Shown here piece after piece: positions 8,747 through 19,060 of a stretch of 64,000 bases of DNA; the stretch's first letter is position 1; each line of letters begins with the position of its first letter. The translations under genes and the position numbers were made by a program. The notes under the pieces were generated by a model. That model searched no databases. It saw only the letters and a list, made by a program, of their open reading frames with translations, and was not told where the DNA came from. Source of the DNA: Bdellovibrio sp. (GTDB lineage: Bacteria > Bdellovibrionota > Bdellovibrionia > Bdellovibrionales > Bdellovibrionaceae); the NCBI GenBank assembly GCA_036676395.1, contig JAKFCY010000002.1, positions 1,632,001-1,696,000 of the forward strand, in the 5' to 3' direction.

Positions 8747-11700
8747 ATTACGACGGTACTGCCCGCCGACTTCGTATAGGGCTTGTGACATTTGATATAA
8801 CGTACAGTATCTTGCCGCACTCATTAGCGCTTGAAAGATATTCGCACCGCTTAGACAAGCTTCTTTAAGTTTTTTAATCTCAATTTCTGCTTGCACGTGG
8901 TTGGCTTTTTGTACGGTCTCAATTTGTTTTAATTGATAATTTTTTTCTTCTGTTGAAGCACGCGCTAATTCAATTTTTGGTGGTTCATAACCTTTTTCTA
9001 AAGTTTTTGGATCAATAAAGGTATTTACTCCAATAATTGGCAATTCTCCAGAATGTTTAAGATGTTCGTAGTACATCGACTCTTCTTGAATTTTTGAGCG
9101 TTGATACTGAGTCTCCATCGCACCTAATACACCGCCACGCTCGCTGATGCGCTTAAATTCAGCAAGCACTGCTTCTTCAACAAGATCAGTTAATTCTTCG
9201 ACGAAGTAACTGCCTTGGTTTTGGTTTTCATTTTTAGATGCCCCGAATTCACGGTTGATGATCATTTGAATGGCCATTGCACGGCGAACTGATTCTTGAG
9301 TTGGCGTTGTGATGGCTTCATCGTAAGCATTCGTGTGTAACGAATTGCAGTTATCATTTAGGGCGATTAACGCTTGCAGCGTAGTACGAATATCATTGAA
9401 ATCGATTTCTTGCGCGTGCAATGAGCGGCCTGAAGTTTGAATATGGTATTTTAACTTTTGTGAACGATCGTTACCTTTGTAAAGATCACGCATCGCTACT
9501 GCCCAAATACGGCGAGCCACGCGGCCTAACACTGTGTATTCAGGATCTAAACCATTTGAAAAGAAAAAACTTAAATTCGGTGCGAAATCATCGATCTTCA
9601 TACCGCGAGACAAATAGTACTCAACAAAAGTAAAACCGTTTGAAAGTGTAAATGCCAATTGTGAAATCGGATTCGCACCCGCTTCAGCAATATGGTATCC
9701 AGAAATTGAAACTGAATAGAAGTTGCGAATATTTTTATCAATAAAGAATTGCTGAATATCGCCCATCATTTTAAGCGCGAAGTTAATCGAGAAAATACAC
9801 GTATTCTGACCCTGATCTTCTTTTAAAATATCAGCCTGAACCGTACCACGCACCTGCGACATCGTTGCTGTTGCCAGTTGCTGCCATTCTGTATCTGAAA
9901 GTTTACGACCAAGTTCAGTTTCTTTTTTAGCCACTTGCTGATCAATGGCTGTATTAAAGTAAAATGCTAAGATCATTGGAGCAGGGCCATTGATCGTCAT
10001 TGATACAGATGTATTAAGATTTACTAAATCAAAACCATCATAAAGCTTTTTCATGTCATCAAGACAACAAATGCTAACACCTGATTCACCCACTTTACCG
10101 TAGATATCCGGACGTAAATCAGGATCTTGACCGTAAAGAGTTACTGAATCAAATGCTGTTGATAAACGATGAGCTTTTTCGCCTTTACAAAGGTAATGAA
10201 AACGACGATTAGTGCGTTCTGGCGTGCCTTCGCCGGCAAACATACGTTTAGGATCTTCATCGGCACGTTTTAATTGAAATACGCCTGCCGTGTATGGAAA
10301 TTCTCCGGCAACGTTTTCCATTTTTAAAAAAGTAAAACGATCGCCCCAGTCTTTTAAAGTAGGTAAAACGATTTTACGAATTTTTGTGCCGCTTAATGAT
10401 TTAGTCACAAGCGATTGGCGAATTTCTTTATCACGCACTTTAAAGATTAATTCATCTTGGGCATAGATACGTTTTAATTCATCCCATTTTTCTAAAGACT
10501 GTAATTCTTCAGTGGTAAAACCTTCTGAGAATTCATTACGTTTTTTAGTCACAACTTCTGGAGTCAGGCCCAGATCAGTTTTTAAATTCTCTAAAGCTCC
10601 AAGTTTTGAAGCTTTCTCAGATAAAGTTTTAACGCGGTCTTTGTACTTATGTACACTTGATACGATTTCAGCCAGATAGTTTTGGCGATCTGGTGGAATC
10701 ACCGTGTGTTCATCAGCAGATAATACCGTGTCACGGTAAGCCTTAGGAACTTCAGGTAGTGATTTTAATTCATGTAATTTATCTGCAACCGAGAAAAATA
10801 AATTATTAACCCCACCATCATTAAACTGCGAAGCTTGGGTTAAGAATACCGGAACCGAAATTTTATCATCCCAGATTTTACGAGAGCGTTTATATTGTTT
10901 TGTTACATCGCGAACCGCATCAAGGGCCCCGCGGCGATCAGCCTTATTCACAGCTACGAAATCAGCAAAATCGATCATGTCGATTTTTTCTAGTTGTGAT
11001 TGTGCCCCGAAATCAGAAGTCATCACATACATTGATAAATCTGACACATCAGTGATTGCCATGTTACCCTGACCGATACCTGAAGTTTCTGCGATAATAA
11101 AATCAAAATCGCATTGCTTTAAGAAATTTAAAATATCTGGCAATGAACTTGCGATCTCTTTACCAGATCCACGCGAGGCCACAGAACGCATAAAAATATG
11201 CGGGCGCGATAACGAGTTCATACGAATACGATCGCCTAATAGCGATCCGCCCGTTTTACGTTTCGATGGATCGACACACACGATTGCGATCTTTTGTTCA
11301 GGGTAAGCATTTAAAAAACGTTGCGATAATTCATCGATCAACGACGACTTACCGGCCCCACCTGTTCCTGTGATACCCAAAATTTTGGGTGCGGCACCTT
11401 TGCGGATAAAATTCTTTAAACCAAAGTCTTCAGGCTTAACGCCTTTTTGCCCGTTTTCAATGGCTGTTAGCGCAATGCCAATTTCAGTTGAAGGAATATT
11501 ATCGCCAGCGAAAACATTTTTAGATTCTGTCGATAATTTTGAAGGCATTGCAAAGTCACAGCCTTCAACGATCATTTTAATCATGCCTTCTAAACCAAGT
11601 CTTCGGCCATCATCAGGATGAAAAATTTGCGAGATGCCATAAGCTTCTAGTTCACGTTTTTCATCATAGACGATAACGCCACCACCACCGCCGTAAATTT

Positions 11701-11965
11701 TTACATGCGCAGCACCTGCCTGGTTTAATAAATCACGTAGGTATTTAAAGTATTCCATGTGACCGCCCTGATACGAGCTAATACACACGCCTTGTGCGCC
11801 TTCTTGCAGAACCGCTTTAACAACGTCATTCACTGAACGGTTATGACCTAAATGAATAACTTCAGCCCCGAATTCCTGAAGCATACGGCGAATGATATTG
11901 ATCGATGCATCGTGGCCGTCAAAAAGTGAAGCTGCAGTTACAATACGCACAGGATTTTTTGTCAT
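8741..11965 (-). CDS. icmF: Fused isobutyryl-CoA mutase / MeaI GTPase IcmF
   Basis: N-terminal B12-binding FDGHD, GTGGAGKSS P-loop, mutase motifs RMFAGEG, RGTVQADILKE, ISGYHIAEAG; 1074 aa. Confidence 0.95.
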   Translation of the reverse strand: MTKNPVRIVTAASLFDGHDASINIIRRMLQEFGAEVIHLGHNRSVNDVVKAVLQEGAQGVCISSYQGGHMEYFKYLRDLLNQAGAAHVKIYGGGGGVIVYDEKRELEAYGISQIFHPDDGRRLGLEGMIKMIVEGCDFAMPSKLSTESKNVFAGDNIPSTEIGIALTAIENGQKGVKPEDFGLKNFIRKGAAPKILGITGTGGAGKSSLIDELSQRFLNAYPEQKIAIVCVDPSKRKTGGSLLGDRIRMNSLSRPHIFMRSVASRGSGKEIASSLPDILNFLKQCDFDFIIAETSGIGQGNMAITDVSDLSMYVMTSDFGAQSQLEKIDMIDFADFVAVNKADRRGALDAVRDVTKQYKRSRKIWDDKISVPVFLTQASQFNDGGVNNLFFSVADKLHELKSLPEVPKAYRDTVLSADEHTVIPPDRQNYLAEIVSSVHKYKDRVKTLSEKASKLGALENLKTDLGLTPEVVTKKRNEFSEGFTTEELQSLEKWDELKRIYAQDELIFKVRDKEIRQSLVTKSLSGTKIRKIVLPTLKDWGDRFTFLKMENVAGEFPYTAGVFQLKRADEDPKRMFAGEGTPERTNRRFHYLCKGEKAHRLSTAFDSVTLYGQDPDLRPDIYGKVGESGVSICCLDDMKKLYDGFDLVNLNTSVSMTINGPAPMILAFYFNTAIDQQVAKKETELGRKLSDTEWQQLATATMSQVRGTVQADILKEDQGQNTCIFSINFALKMMGDIQQFFIDKNIRNFYSVSISGYHIAEAGANPISQLAFTLSNGFTFVEYYLSRGMKIDDFAPNLSFFFSNGLDPEYTVLGRVARRIWAVAMRDLYKGNDRSQKLKYHIQTSGRSLHAQEIDFNDIRTTLQALIALNDNCNSLHTNAYDEAITTPTQESVRRAMAIQMIINREFGASKNENQNQGSYFVEELTDLVEEAVLAEFKRISERGGVLGAMETQYQRSKIQEESMYYEHLKHSGELPIIGVNTFIDPKTLEKGYEPPKIELARASTEEKNYQLKQIETVQKANHVQAEIEIKKLKEACLSGANIFQALMSAARYCTLYQMSQALYEVGGQYRRNL

Positions 11966-11970
11966 ATTAT

Positions 11971-12774
11971 TTATATACCTTTAAAAACTGGTTTTCTTTT
12001 TTCTGTGAACGCTTTTGTGCCTTCAGTGGTATCAAACGAACCAAATAGGCCGCCAAACACCTCAGCTTCATTTTTTAATGCGGGTTCTGTTTCTAAATCA
12101 AAAGCCTGGTTGATAGAAAACTTAGCTTTACCAATCGCTAACGGAGACTTTGTTAACATCATTTCGATTTTTTTATTCACCGCGTGCATAAGCTCAGATT
12201 GCGGCACAACTTGCGAAACTAAGCCAAGCTTTAAGGCTTCATCAGCTTTAATCATTTCGCCAGTGAAAGTTAATTCACGAGCTTTACGGATACCTACAGC
12301 GCGAGTTAAACGAACTGTTCCGCCAAAGCCTGGAATTAATCCTAACGATACTTCTGGTAAACCAAATTTTGCGTTGTCACTTGCGATCATAAAATCACAG
12401 CCTAGAGCTAATTCTAAACCGCCACCTAAAGCGAAGCCATTGACAGCTGCGATCACTGGAATTTTTAATAAGTTTAATTCATGAAATACGGCTTGGCCTT
12501 TTTCAGCAAATTTCACCGCTTGGTCGTTTGACATATCAAGCATTTCTTTAATGTCAGCGCCGGCTACGAAAGCTTTTTCTCCAGCTCCTGTGATGACTAA
12601 GACTTTTGCAGTTTCGTAATCAAGTTCTGAAATTTGGCGAAGAGTATCGGCCATTTCGTTTAACACTGTTTGGTTTAACGCGTTTAAACTTTCTGGGCGA
12701 TTGATGGTTAAAATCCAAACGCCGTTATCTTTTTGTTCAAGTTTAATAGTTTGATAATCTAAATTCATATTCAT
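11971..12774 (-). CDS. crt: Enoyl-CoA hydratase (crotonase)
   Basis: AFVAGADI, ALGGGLELAL, FGLPEVSLGLIPGFGG. Confidence 0.9.
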   Translation of the reverse strand: MNMNLDYQTIKLEQKDNGVWILTINRPESLNALNQTVLNEMADTLRQISELDYETAKVLVITGAGEKAFVAGADIKEMLDMSNDQAVKFAEKGQAVFHELNLLKIPVIAAVNGFALGGGLELALGCDFMIASDNAKFGLPEVSLGLIPGFGGTVRLTRAVGIRKARELTFTGEMIKADEALKLGLVSQVVPQSELMHAVNKKIEMMLTKSPLAIGKAKFSINQAFDLETEPALKNEAEVFGGLFGSFDTTEGTKAFTEKRKPVFKGI

Positions 12775-12782
12775 ATTCCTGC

Positions 12783-13646
12783 TTACTTTGCGTAATTATA
12801 AAAACCGCGACCAGATTTGCGGCCTAACCAGCCAGCCTCTACATATTTTACTAATAATGGGCTTGGGCGATATTTTGAATCACCTAAACCATCATGAAGC
12901 ACGTTCATAATCGCAAGGCATGTGTCTAAACCGATAAAATCAGCTAACGTCAAAGGCCCCATTGGTTGGTTGGTTCCAAGTTTCATCGCATTATCGATAG
13001 ATTCAACTGACGCAATACCTTCATGTAATGTGTAAACCGCTTCGTTGATCATCGGCATTAGAATACGGTTTACGATAAAACCTGGCATATCCTTTACTGA
13101 TTCAACGAAAACTTTTCCAAGTTTTTCTGATAAGGCCTTAGTTGTTGAAAAAGTCTCATCACTTGTTTGTAAACCTTTGATGCCTTCAACTAATTGCATA
13201 AGTGGAACTGGATTCATGAAATGCATTCCCACGACTTTGTCTGGACGCGAAGTGCAGGCCGCAATTTTAGTGATCGAAATCGAAGATGTGTTTGTTGCTA
13301 AGATCGAACCAGCTTTTACTGTTTGATCTAAGTCTTTGAAAATTTTAAGTTTTAAATCAATGTTCTCGGTCGCAGCTTCAACAACGAAATCGCAGTCTTT
13401 AAGATCTGTTAATTGCGTTGTGGCTTTTACTTTTCCAAGTAAGGCTTTTTTAACATCTTCAGTCATCGTGCCTTTTTTGATTAAACGATCACAGCTTCCA
13501 GCGATAGTCGTTAGACCTTTGTCGAGAGCGGCGTTCGAGACATCGAACATCACAACTTCATATCCACAAGCTGCTGCAACTTGTGTAATACCGTTACCCA
13601 TTTGGCCTGCGCCAACAACGCCGATTTTTTTGATGTTTTGAACCAT
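12783..13646 (-). CDS. hbd: 3-hydroxybutyryl-CoA dehydrogenase
   Basis: GAGQMG, VEAATE, NTSSISIT, GMHFMNP, PGFIVNR, PMGP, GRKSGRGFY; GGAGG SD. Confidence 0.93.
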   Translation of the reverse strand: MVQNIKKIGVVGAGQMGNGITQVAAACGYEVVMFDVSNAALDKGLTTIAGSCDRLIKKGTMTEDVKKALLGKVKATTQLTDLKDCDFVVEAATENIDLKLKIFKDLDQTVKAGSILATNTSSISITKIAACTSRPDKVVGMHFMNPVPLMQLVEGIKGLQTSDETFSTTKALSEKLGKVFVESVKDMPGFIVNRILMPMINEAVYTLHEGIASVESIDNAMKLGTNQPMGPLTLADFIGLDTCLAIMNVLHDGLGDSKYRPSPLLVKYVEAGWLGRKSGRGFYNYAK

Positions 13647-13739
13647 GACTTTGCCTCCTAAATAGCTTCGAAAATAAGGCTTAGTTATAGCAAAGAACTG
13701 GTCTTGAATGAAACGACTAAGATCAGTGACAATGGTTAG

Positions 13740-15044
13740 ATGCTGTTTGTCATGCTAGCTTTTAGCGTAATTTTGACTAGTTTTTCTGCTAATTCAGCAG
13801 TGAACGCCGTGGCTACGAAGCAAGCCCCTATTTTAAGCGAACTTTTCGCTGGCCGTAAGACAAAAGAGATCCCCTTTTTTAAGTCAAAAATGAGCATTTT
13901 CCCTTCAGGACATACAAGCCTTGATAAGCTCAATGAGCAATTAATTTCGTCAGAAACCAGCGAAGCTTTTTACTTGGCCAAAGATGAGAAAAAAATTTCG
14001 CCGACACTTGTTCCGCACATCACGGCTTTTCATCTATCACGCGTGTGGATTGAAAAATATAGTAAACGCCGGGTTAAACCTAACAGCAACGCAGACCTTG
14101 CGACCATTTTATTAAACTACGACACTGACCCCTATGACCGTGGTTTAGTCTTAACGTTAAATGACACCAAACTTCGAGTAAGTAGCGATATAAAAGCTGC
14201 GGCTCTAAAAGCTATTCCAAAATTTAATTATTTTATTCCGATTAGTTTTGAAAAGGGTTTTGTTAAAGTTTTATTTAGTGGCCAATTTGGTTTTATCGAC
14301 ATCAATGACTGTATTTCAAAATACGATTTTGCAAAATTTGCTTATTCATTCAAAACAAAAACCAACACTTGGGAAGTCGTCAATCACCGTGAATTCGACA
14401 CATTAATTACAGCTAAAAGCGAAAGTCTGCAGTTAGCAGAAATCAAAGGTTTAGTGGTTGATCAAAAGCTTGCGTTTGCCTTTAAAGACAATGAACATTA
14501 TCCAAAATGGACAAGTTTTAAATTAGTAAAAGAAAAAACCAAACCGTGGCTGCAAAGTGCAATTAAAGGCCATGGATCGATTTGGTGGCAACGCCCCGAC
14601 ACTGAAATTGTCGGTAAAAATACGATTTCTATTGATGATCTGATCAAAAAAGAAATCTACTCAGTTTCATTTCAAACAGATAACCCCAAAAAAGGTTTAG
14701 CTTCTGCCAATGGTGTTTTTATCACTGAAGATGGCCAAAACTGGAACGAGATCGCGCAATTCAAAGACTATTCTGGCCCGGTTTATTATTACAGCAACAC
14801 TCTCATCTATGTTGGAAATTACCGAAGCCTTGATGGCGGTAAAACTTTTGAAAACTATATTCAAGTGGATAAAGTCTCTTCAGCAATTACAAAATCGACT
14901 GGCATTATTCCGAAAAAAATTCAGATCACAAAAATCAAAGTGCAAAAACCGTATAACGTCGTGATCGACGTTCATACAGGCACACGCAAGGTGCGGCTTA
15001 AATCCCCGATCTTCTCGCAGGATTGGACAACTGCTAAGTATTAG
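13740..15044 (+). CDS. Secreted hypothetical protein with SH3-like segment and Asp-box-like motifs
   Basis: Signal peptide; GFVKV...FGFI SH3b-like segment; TEDGQNW and SLDGGKTF BNR-like motifs. Confidence 0.55.
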   Translation: MLFVMLAFSVILTSFSANSAVNAVATKQAPILSELFAGRKTKEIPFFKSKMSIFPSGHTSLDKLNEQLISSETSEAFYLAKDEKKISPTLVPHITAFHLSRVWIEKYSKRRVKPNSNADLATILLNYDTDPYDRGLVLTLNDTKLRVSSDIKAAALKAIPKFNYFIPISFEKGFVKVLFSGQFGFIDINDCISKYDFAKFAYSFKTKTNTWEVVNHREFDTLITAKSESLQLAEIKGLVVDQKLAFAFKDNEHYPKWTSFKLVKEKTKPWLQSAIKGHGSIWWQRPDTEIVGKNTISIDDLIKKEIYSVSFQTDNPKKGLASANGVFITEDGQNWNEIAQFKDYSGPVYYYSNTLIYVGNYRSLDGGKTFENYIQVDKVSSAITKSTGIIPKKIQITKIKVQKPYNVVIDVHTGTRKVRLKSPIFSQDWTTAKY

Positions 15045-15069
15045 AGGCTACAACATATAAACGCTAAGC

Positions 15070-16008
15070 TTATACCCCAAAGTGATCAAAAATTCGTAGC
15101 GCTACGACAAATTCTTCCTCTAAATCCAGAGGATCGGCTGGTAAGTAGAATGTATCAGCCTGATCGCCCACCTGAATTTTTTTAAGCTTTTGCTGCCCCG
15201 ATTTCCAGTAAAGATCTTGCCATACAGGGTTTGTCACGCGCACGAAAAGTTCGCTCAAACCTAATGCGCGTTTCACGGCCTTGCGGTTTAAAGCTTTTTG
15301 CCCAGGTAAAACGTAATCAACAGCTGCAGTCACATCGTCGTAGTGCATACCTTCAAGCGCATAGTAAGTGGCAGCCAGGATAGCCAATAAATATTTGCGG
15401 TATTCAGCTCGAGTTTCATTCACTGGGCTATCTTTGGCGCCGGGGTGATAAATCACCTTCATGCGTTCAAAAGCTGTTGAAAGTTTTAAACCCAACTGAT
15501 CACCTAACGCCATATCAAGCGTTACCACCAAGCTTTCGGCAAAGTTTAAATAGCGTTGCACATCTTCTTTTTCTTCAGGTACGGGCGGAAGTTCACGCCA
15601 AATAATACGGTGATTCTGCTCGTGAAAAATTGAAATTTCGGTAAACTGCATCAGCGAATAAATCTGATCGCTCGCACCTTTTACTTGATAGCCAAACTCA
15701 CGCAGCCAGTTTAATTCAGACAAAGCCGGAGTGTATTCAATTTGGTTTTTAAATAAATCGTGTGTGCTTAACCCGCGCATGGTTGAACACATCGTTGGCG
15801 AAAAAACGCCACCTAATTTTAAATAAAGTTTACGGCTTTGACGATACAAAGAACTTAAATTTAACAGCTGCACATCAAACGGAAGTTCGCTGACTACAAG
15901 TTTCGGAAGTTTTTGAATAGTCGGAACTGCAAAAAGGAGGTTCGCATCTGCGATGAAGTTTTTAACTTCTTTTTTTAACTTTTGTTTTGCCGCAGTCTTT
16001 TTAGCCAT
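15070..16008 (-). CDS. Hypothetical protein with HExxH motif
   Basis: 312-aa ORF abutting upstream gene; FHEQNH followed by FAES. Confidence 0.65.
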   Translation of the reverse strand: MAKKTAAKQKLKKEVKNFIADANLLFAVPTIQKLPKLVVSELPFDVQLLNLSSLYRQSRKLYLKLGGVFSPTMCSTMRGLSTHDLFKNQIEYTPALSELNWLREFGYQVKGASDQIYSLMQFTEISIFHEQNHRIIWRELPPVPEEKEDVQRYLNFAESLVVTLDMALGDQLGLKLSTAFERMKVIYHPGAKDSPVNETRAEYRKYLLAILAATYYALEGMHYDDVTAAVDYVLPGQKALNRKAVKRALGLSELFVRVTNPVWQDLYWKSGQQKLKKIQVGDQADTFYLPADPLDLEEEFVVALRIFDHFGV

Positions 16009-16455
16009 TTAGTTATCTTCCACATAAGCTTTTAATTCTTGCAGGTGATCGTTCCAGCCCATTTTAAAATCAAGCATCAGTTGTTTGCTTTGATCTTTAG
16101 AAAACTGATCCCAACCTTCGTGGTTTACTTTCACATCGCAAAAAGCGCCGTCTTTAATAATTTTTATTGTACAAACGGTTACTGTTTTTTGCGGCCAATC
16201 TTGCTCTTTCCAGGTAAATTGAATTTCTTCATTCACTTTAAAACTATTCACGCTACCGGTGGCTAATTGTTTAGTTCGTTTGTTATCTTCCCACGGTTCG
16301 CGAAACACTCCATTTTTTTGTGCCTGCAGACGTACGCCTTCGCCCCACCAGTTTTCAAGCTCATCTGAGTCTGTTAAAGCTTCCCAAATATCTGCAGGAG
16401 AAGCTTTAATTTTAAGGGTTAGTTCGATTTTTAACGGGGTTGTCGCTTGGGTCAC
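16009..16455 (-). CDS. SRPBCC/AHSA1 domain protein
   Basis: IKASPADIWEALTD..ELENWW, FTW, HEGW, GWNDHL. Confidence 0.85.
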   Translation of the reverse strand: MTQATTPLKIELTLKIKASPADIWEALTDSDELENWWGEGVRLQAQKNGVFREPWEDNKRTKQLATGSVNSFKVNEEIQFTWKEQDWPQKTVTVCTIKIIKDGAFCDVKVNHEGWDQFSKDQSKQLMLDFKMGWNDHLQELKAYVEDN

Positions 16456-16481
16456 GGGGCATCCTTGTTTAAGGCTAAGTA

Positions 16482-17210
16482 CTAACTCGTATACACATCA
16501 TTCATCATTTTATAGATTTTTTCTTGTAACGCCGTACGATCTGCATTCGATAGACCTACTGTAGGCACCGGCTTTAACACATGCACTTCAATAGTGCGCT
16601 TCCAACGATCAGAATTAGCTAATAGTTTACCTTTAGGCCAAATGGCATAGGCCCCCTTAATAACAACAGGAACCAGCGGCACTTGCGATGTTATACCAAA
16701 CACAAATGGCCCGGCCTTAAACGGTAAAAGTTTTTCGTCATCATGAAAACGGCCGCCTTCAGGAGATAAAGCAAAACGCTCACCTCTGGAAAAGCGCACT
16801 TTAGCTTCTTCGTAAACTTTAAAAACTTCTTCTCTGTTAGATCTGGCAATAGGAAGAGTTCCGAACCTGCGCATGCACGCGCCAAAAACCGGAATCTTAA
16901 ATAATTCAATTTTAGCCCCGAAGCGAATGTTATATAAACTTCCGCACAGAGCAAAAATATCCATAAAGCTTGAGTGGTTAAATAAAATAACTGCCCCCTG
17001 CTTGGGATCTAAATTTTCGCCGCCGAACACTTTAAGTTCAACGTTAAAAACCAAAAATGTCAGCTTAGACCACGTGGTCATAATCCAGTTATCGAAAGAT
17101 CTTCGGTTAAATAAAATATTAATCACTACGCCCTGAGCAGATAAATAGCCTGTGATCAATACGAATAAGAAACTCGCAATCAACGAACGTATGAACAAAA
17201 TTACTTTCAT
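16482..17210 (-). CDS. plsC: 1-acyl-sn-glycerol-3-phosphate acyltransferase
   Basis: NHSSFMD (NHxxxxD), PEGGR, PFKAG, VPVVI motifs. Confidence 0.85.
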   Translation of the reverse strand: MKVILFIRSLIASFLFVLITGYLSAQGVVINILFNRRSFDNWIMTTWSKLTFLVFNVELKVFGGENLDPKQGAVILFNHSSFMDIFALCGSLYNIRFGAKIELFKIPVFGACMRRFGTLPIARSNREEVFKVYEEAKVRFSRGERFALSPEGGRFHDDEKLLPFKAGPFVFGITSQVPLVPVVIKGAYAIWPKGKLLANSDRWKRTIEVHVLKPVPTVGLSNADRTALQEKIYKMMNDVYTS

Positions 17211-18340
17211 GTCGACAGGATCCTTTTTCTGGCCGCTGTGATCTGACGATTTTTATAGGCTTCATGATCGGTATCGCCGATTTGCATTTTTTCATATGCC
17301 TGTTGATCCATGATCTGAACCTCGAAAGGATAGAAAAATGAAAATTCTTTCGCATTTTGCCCACCCGAAGAATTTAATCCAGGGGCAATTTTAATTAATT
17401 TACGACAGATAAATTTAATATATCTAAAATCAATTGATGAATATGGGTTTTCTTTACGAAATAACTTTAAAAGTGGATTAGTGCTCACTTTCAACTGTTG
17501 CCGAAGCAAACGATCAACTTTAGCAGAATCCATCATAAATTCTTTGCCATGCTTAGCTTGTAAGTGTTCACACACCTCTAAGAACTCTTGCACCGGATAC
17601 ATGTTATTTGAAGACTGATCCGGCATAATATGCGGATAGCTAATCAAATTTGCATCCGTTAAATAACGAATGACCTGAAACGAATCAAAGATCGTAGGCG
17701 TTACGATACGCACGCCTAGTTTATCAAAAACTTTAACGGCTAAGGCATCAGGTTTGGCTAAAAGCTTAATAACCGTCGATGTTGAAGTTTTAAATGGCTT
17801 AGTTTGAAACTTATGTAATTCAACTTTATTTGTGTCGTCTTTATGCAGCGGTTTAAAATAAAGTTTATCATGATGTTCAACTGCATTTTCAAAAGGAATT
17901 AAAATCTGCCTTTGAATTTCTTCAGCAAAATGCGAGAACAGATCAGTCTCTGAATGCACGAACACATGAATACAACGCAACATCGCACACGCCCACTTTT
18001 GAATCTTAGAATCATCATGGTGGGTCGCCCACACTAAAAGATTACGCATATCTTTTAAGTGTTCGGGGTTTTTAATCTCTTTCGGGATTTCATCGATATT
18101 AAATTTTAATTTTTCGGTCATCAACACCACAGAGCGGCGGTGAAAATACCAAAGACGTTTTAAATCTTCTTCATGAGAATAATCAAAGCCATAACTTTTA
18201 ACAAAAGCATCGGCCTGTTCAATATTGTGAATATAAAGTTTGGATTGATCTAACGTCGAAGCTCCACCTGCGATAACAGATAGAGCTGTAGGATCGAACT
18301 TAAAATGCGATTGGCTATGATGGCCGCTAGATGAGTGCAT
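17207..18340 (-). CDS. TIGR04552-like protein (RelA/SpoT-type nucleotidyltransferase fold)
   Basis: K..S.VIKLL.K, FDKLGVRIVT, NPYSS, FFYPFEVQIMD, HEAYK motifs. Confidence 0.7.
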   Translation of the reverse strand: MHSSSGHHSQSHFKFDPTALSVIAGGASTLDQSKLYIHNIEQADAFVKSYGFDYSHEEDLKRLWYFHRRSVVLMTEKLKFNIDEIPKEIKNPEHLKDMRNLLVWATHHDDSKIQKWACAMLRCIHVFVHSETDLFSHFAEEIQRQILIPFENAVEHHDKLYFKPLHKDDTNKVELHKFQTKPFKTSTSTVIKLLAKPDALAVKVFDKLGVRIVTPTIFDSFQVIRYLTDANLISYPHIMPDQSSNNMYPVQEFLEVCEHLQAKHGKEFMMDSAKVDRLLRQQLKVSTNPLLKLFRKENPYSSIDFRYIKFICRKLIKIAPGLNSSGGQNAKEFSFFYPFEVQIMDQQAYEKMQIGDTDHEAYKNRQITAARKRILST

Positions 18341-18352
18341 TGACCTCAGAGA

Positions 18353-19021
18353 CTATTTAATAATTCCGCAGCGAGCAACATAGAATTGACCTAACACACC
18401 AGAAGCTGCTGAACCACCGGTCACATTGACTGAATTTACGAAGCTAACTTGGCCTGATAAGTACTCACCGCTCAAATTTCCATCAAATCTGATCTCGCCG
18501 TACTGATCGCGAAAGATCACGTAACCTGAGCCTGTTTGCATATTAAATTGGCCTTCTGCAGCAGTCGTAAATTCGATAGGGATCGGTTGGTATTGATTTG
18601 TGCCATCAGTTGCGGATTGTAAAACAAAGCTATCGTAAACTTTAATTAAGATTTTAGTTTGCGCTAAATTAACTGTTCCGTTTGATTCGATTTTGATTTG
18701 GCCTTGAAAGCGAACACCTGTTTGATCACTTGGTGATGAAGAGATTTGACCGATTTCATTTGGATCAATCGTTGCTGATAACAAACCTTTTACGCGAGCT
18801 TCGAAATTTCCGTTTGAGTATAGACTTGCTTGCGTTCCTTGATCGTAAATTGTACCAATCGAAGAAAGATTATTTCCGCAATAGTTTTGAGTAAAGGTTC
18901 CATTTGTTGTTCCCGCTACCGTTGTGCGCAAGGCACCCGATGTACGTTTAGATGTTTCCTTATTAGGGTTACAACCGTTAAGAGTTAAAGCAATAATTGT
19001 GAGTAATAATACATTTTTCAT
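18353..19021 (-). CDS. Lipoprotein, hypothetical
   Basis: Lipobox LNGC; GGAG SD. Confidence 0.75.
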   Translation of the reverse strand: MKNVLLLTIIALTLNGCNPNKETSKRTSGALRTTVAGTTNGTFTQNYCGNNLSSIGTIYDQGTQASLYSNGNFEARVKGLLSATIDPNEIGQISSSPSDQTGVRFQGQIKIESNGTVNLAQTKILIKVYDSFVLQSATDGTNQYQPIPIEFTTAAEGQFNMQTGSGYVIFRDQYGEIRFDGNLSGEYLSGQVSFVNSVNVTGGSAASGVLGQFYVARCGIIK

Positions 19022-19044
19022 ATAAGACTCCTACAACCCTATAG

Positions 19045-19060
19045 TACAAACGGGGTGCCA
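19045..19060 (-). promoter_or_regulatory. Sigma54-like promoter (variant -12)
   Basis: TGGCAC-CCCGT-TTGTA on the minus strand, upstream of the 19021 start. Confidence 0.4.
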
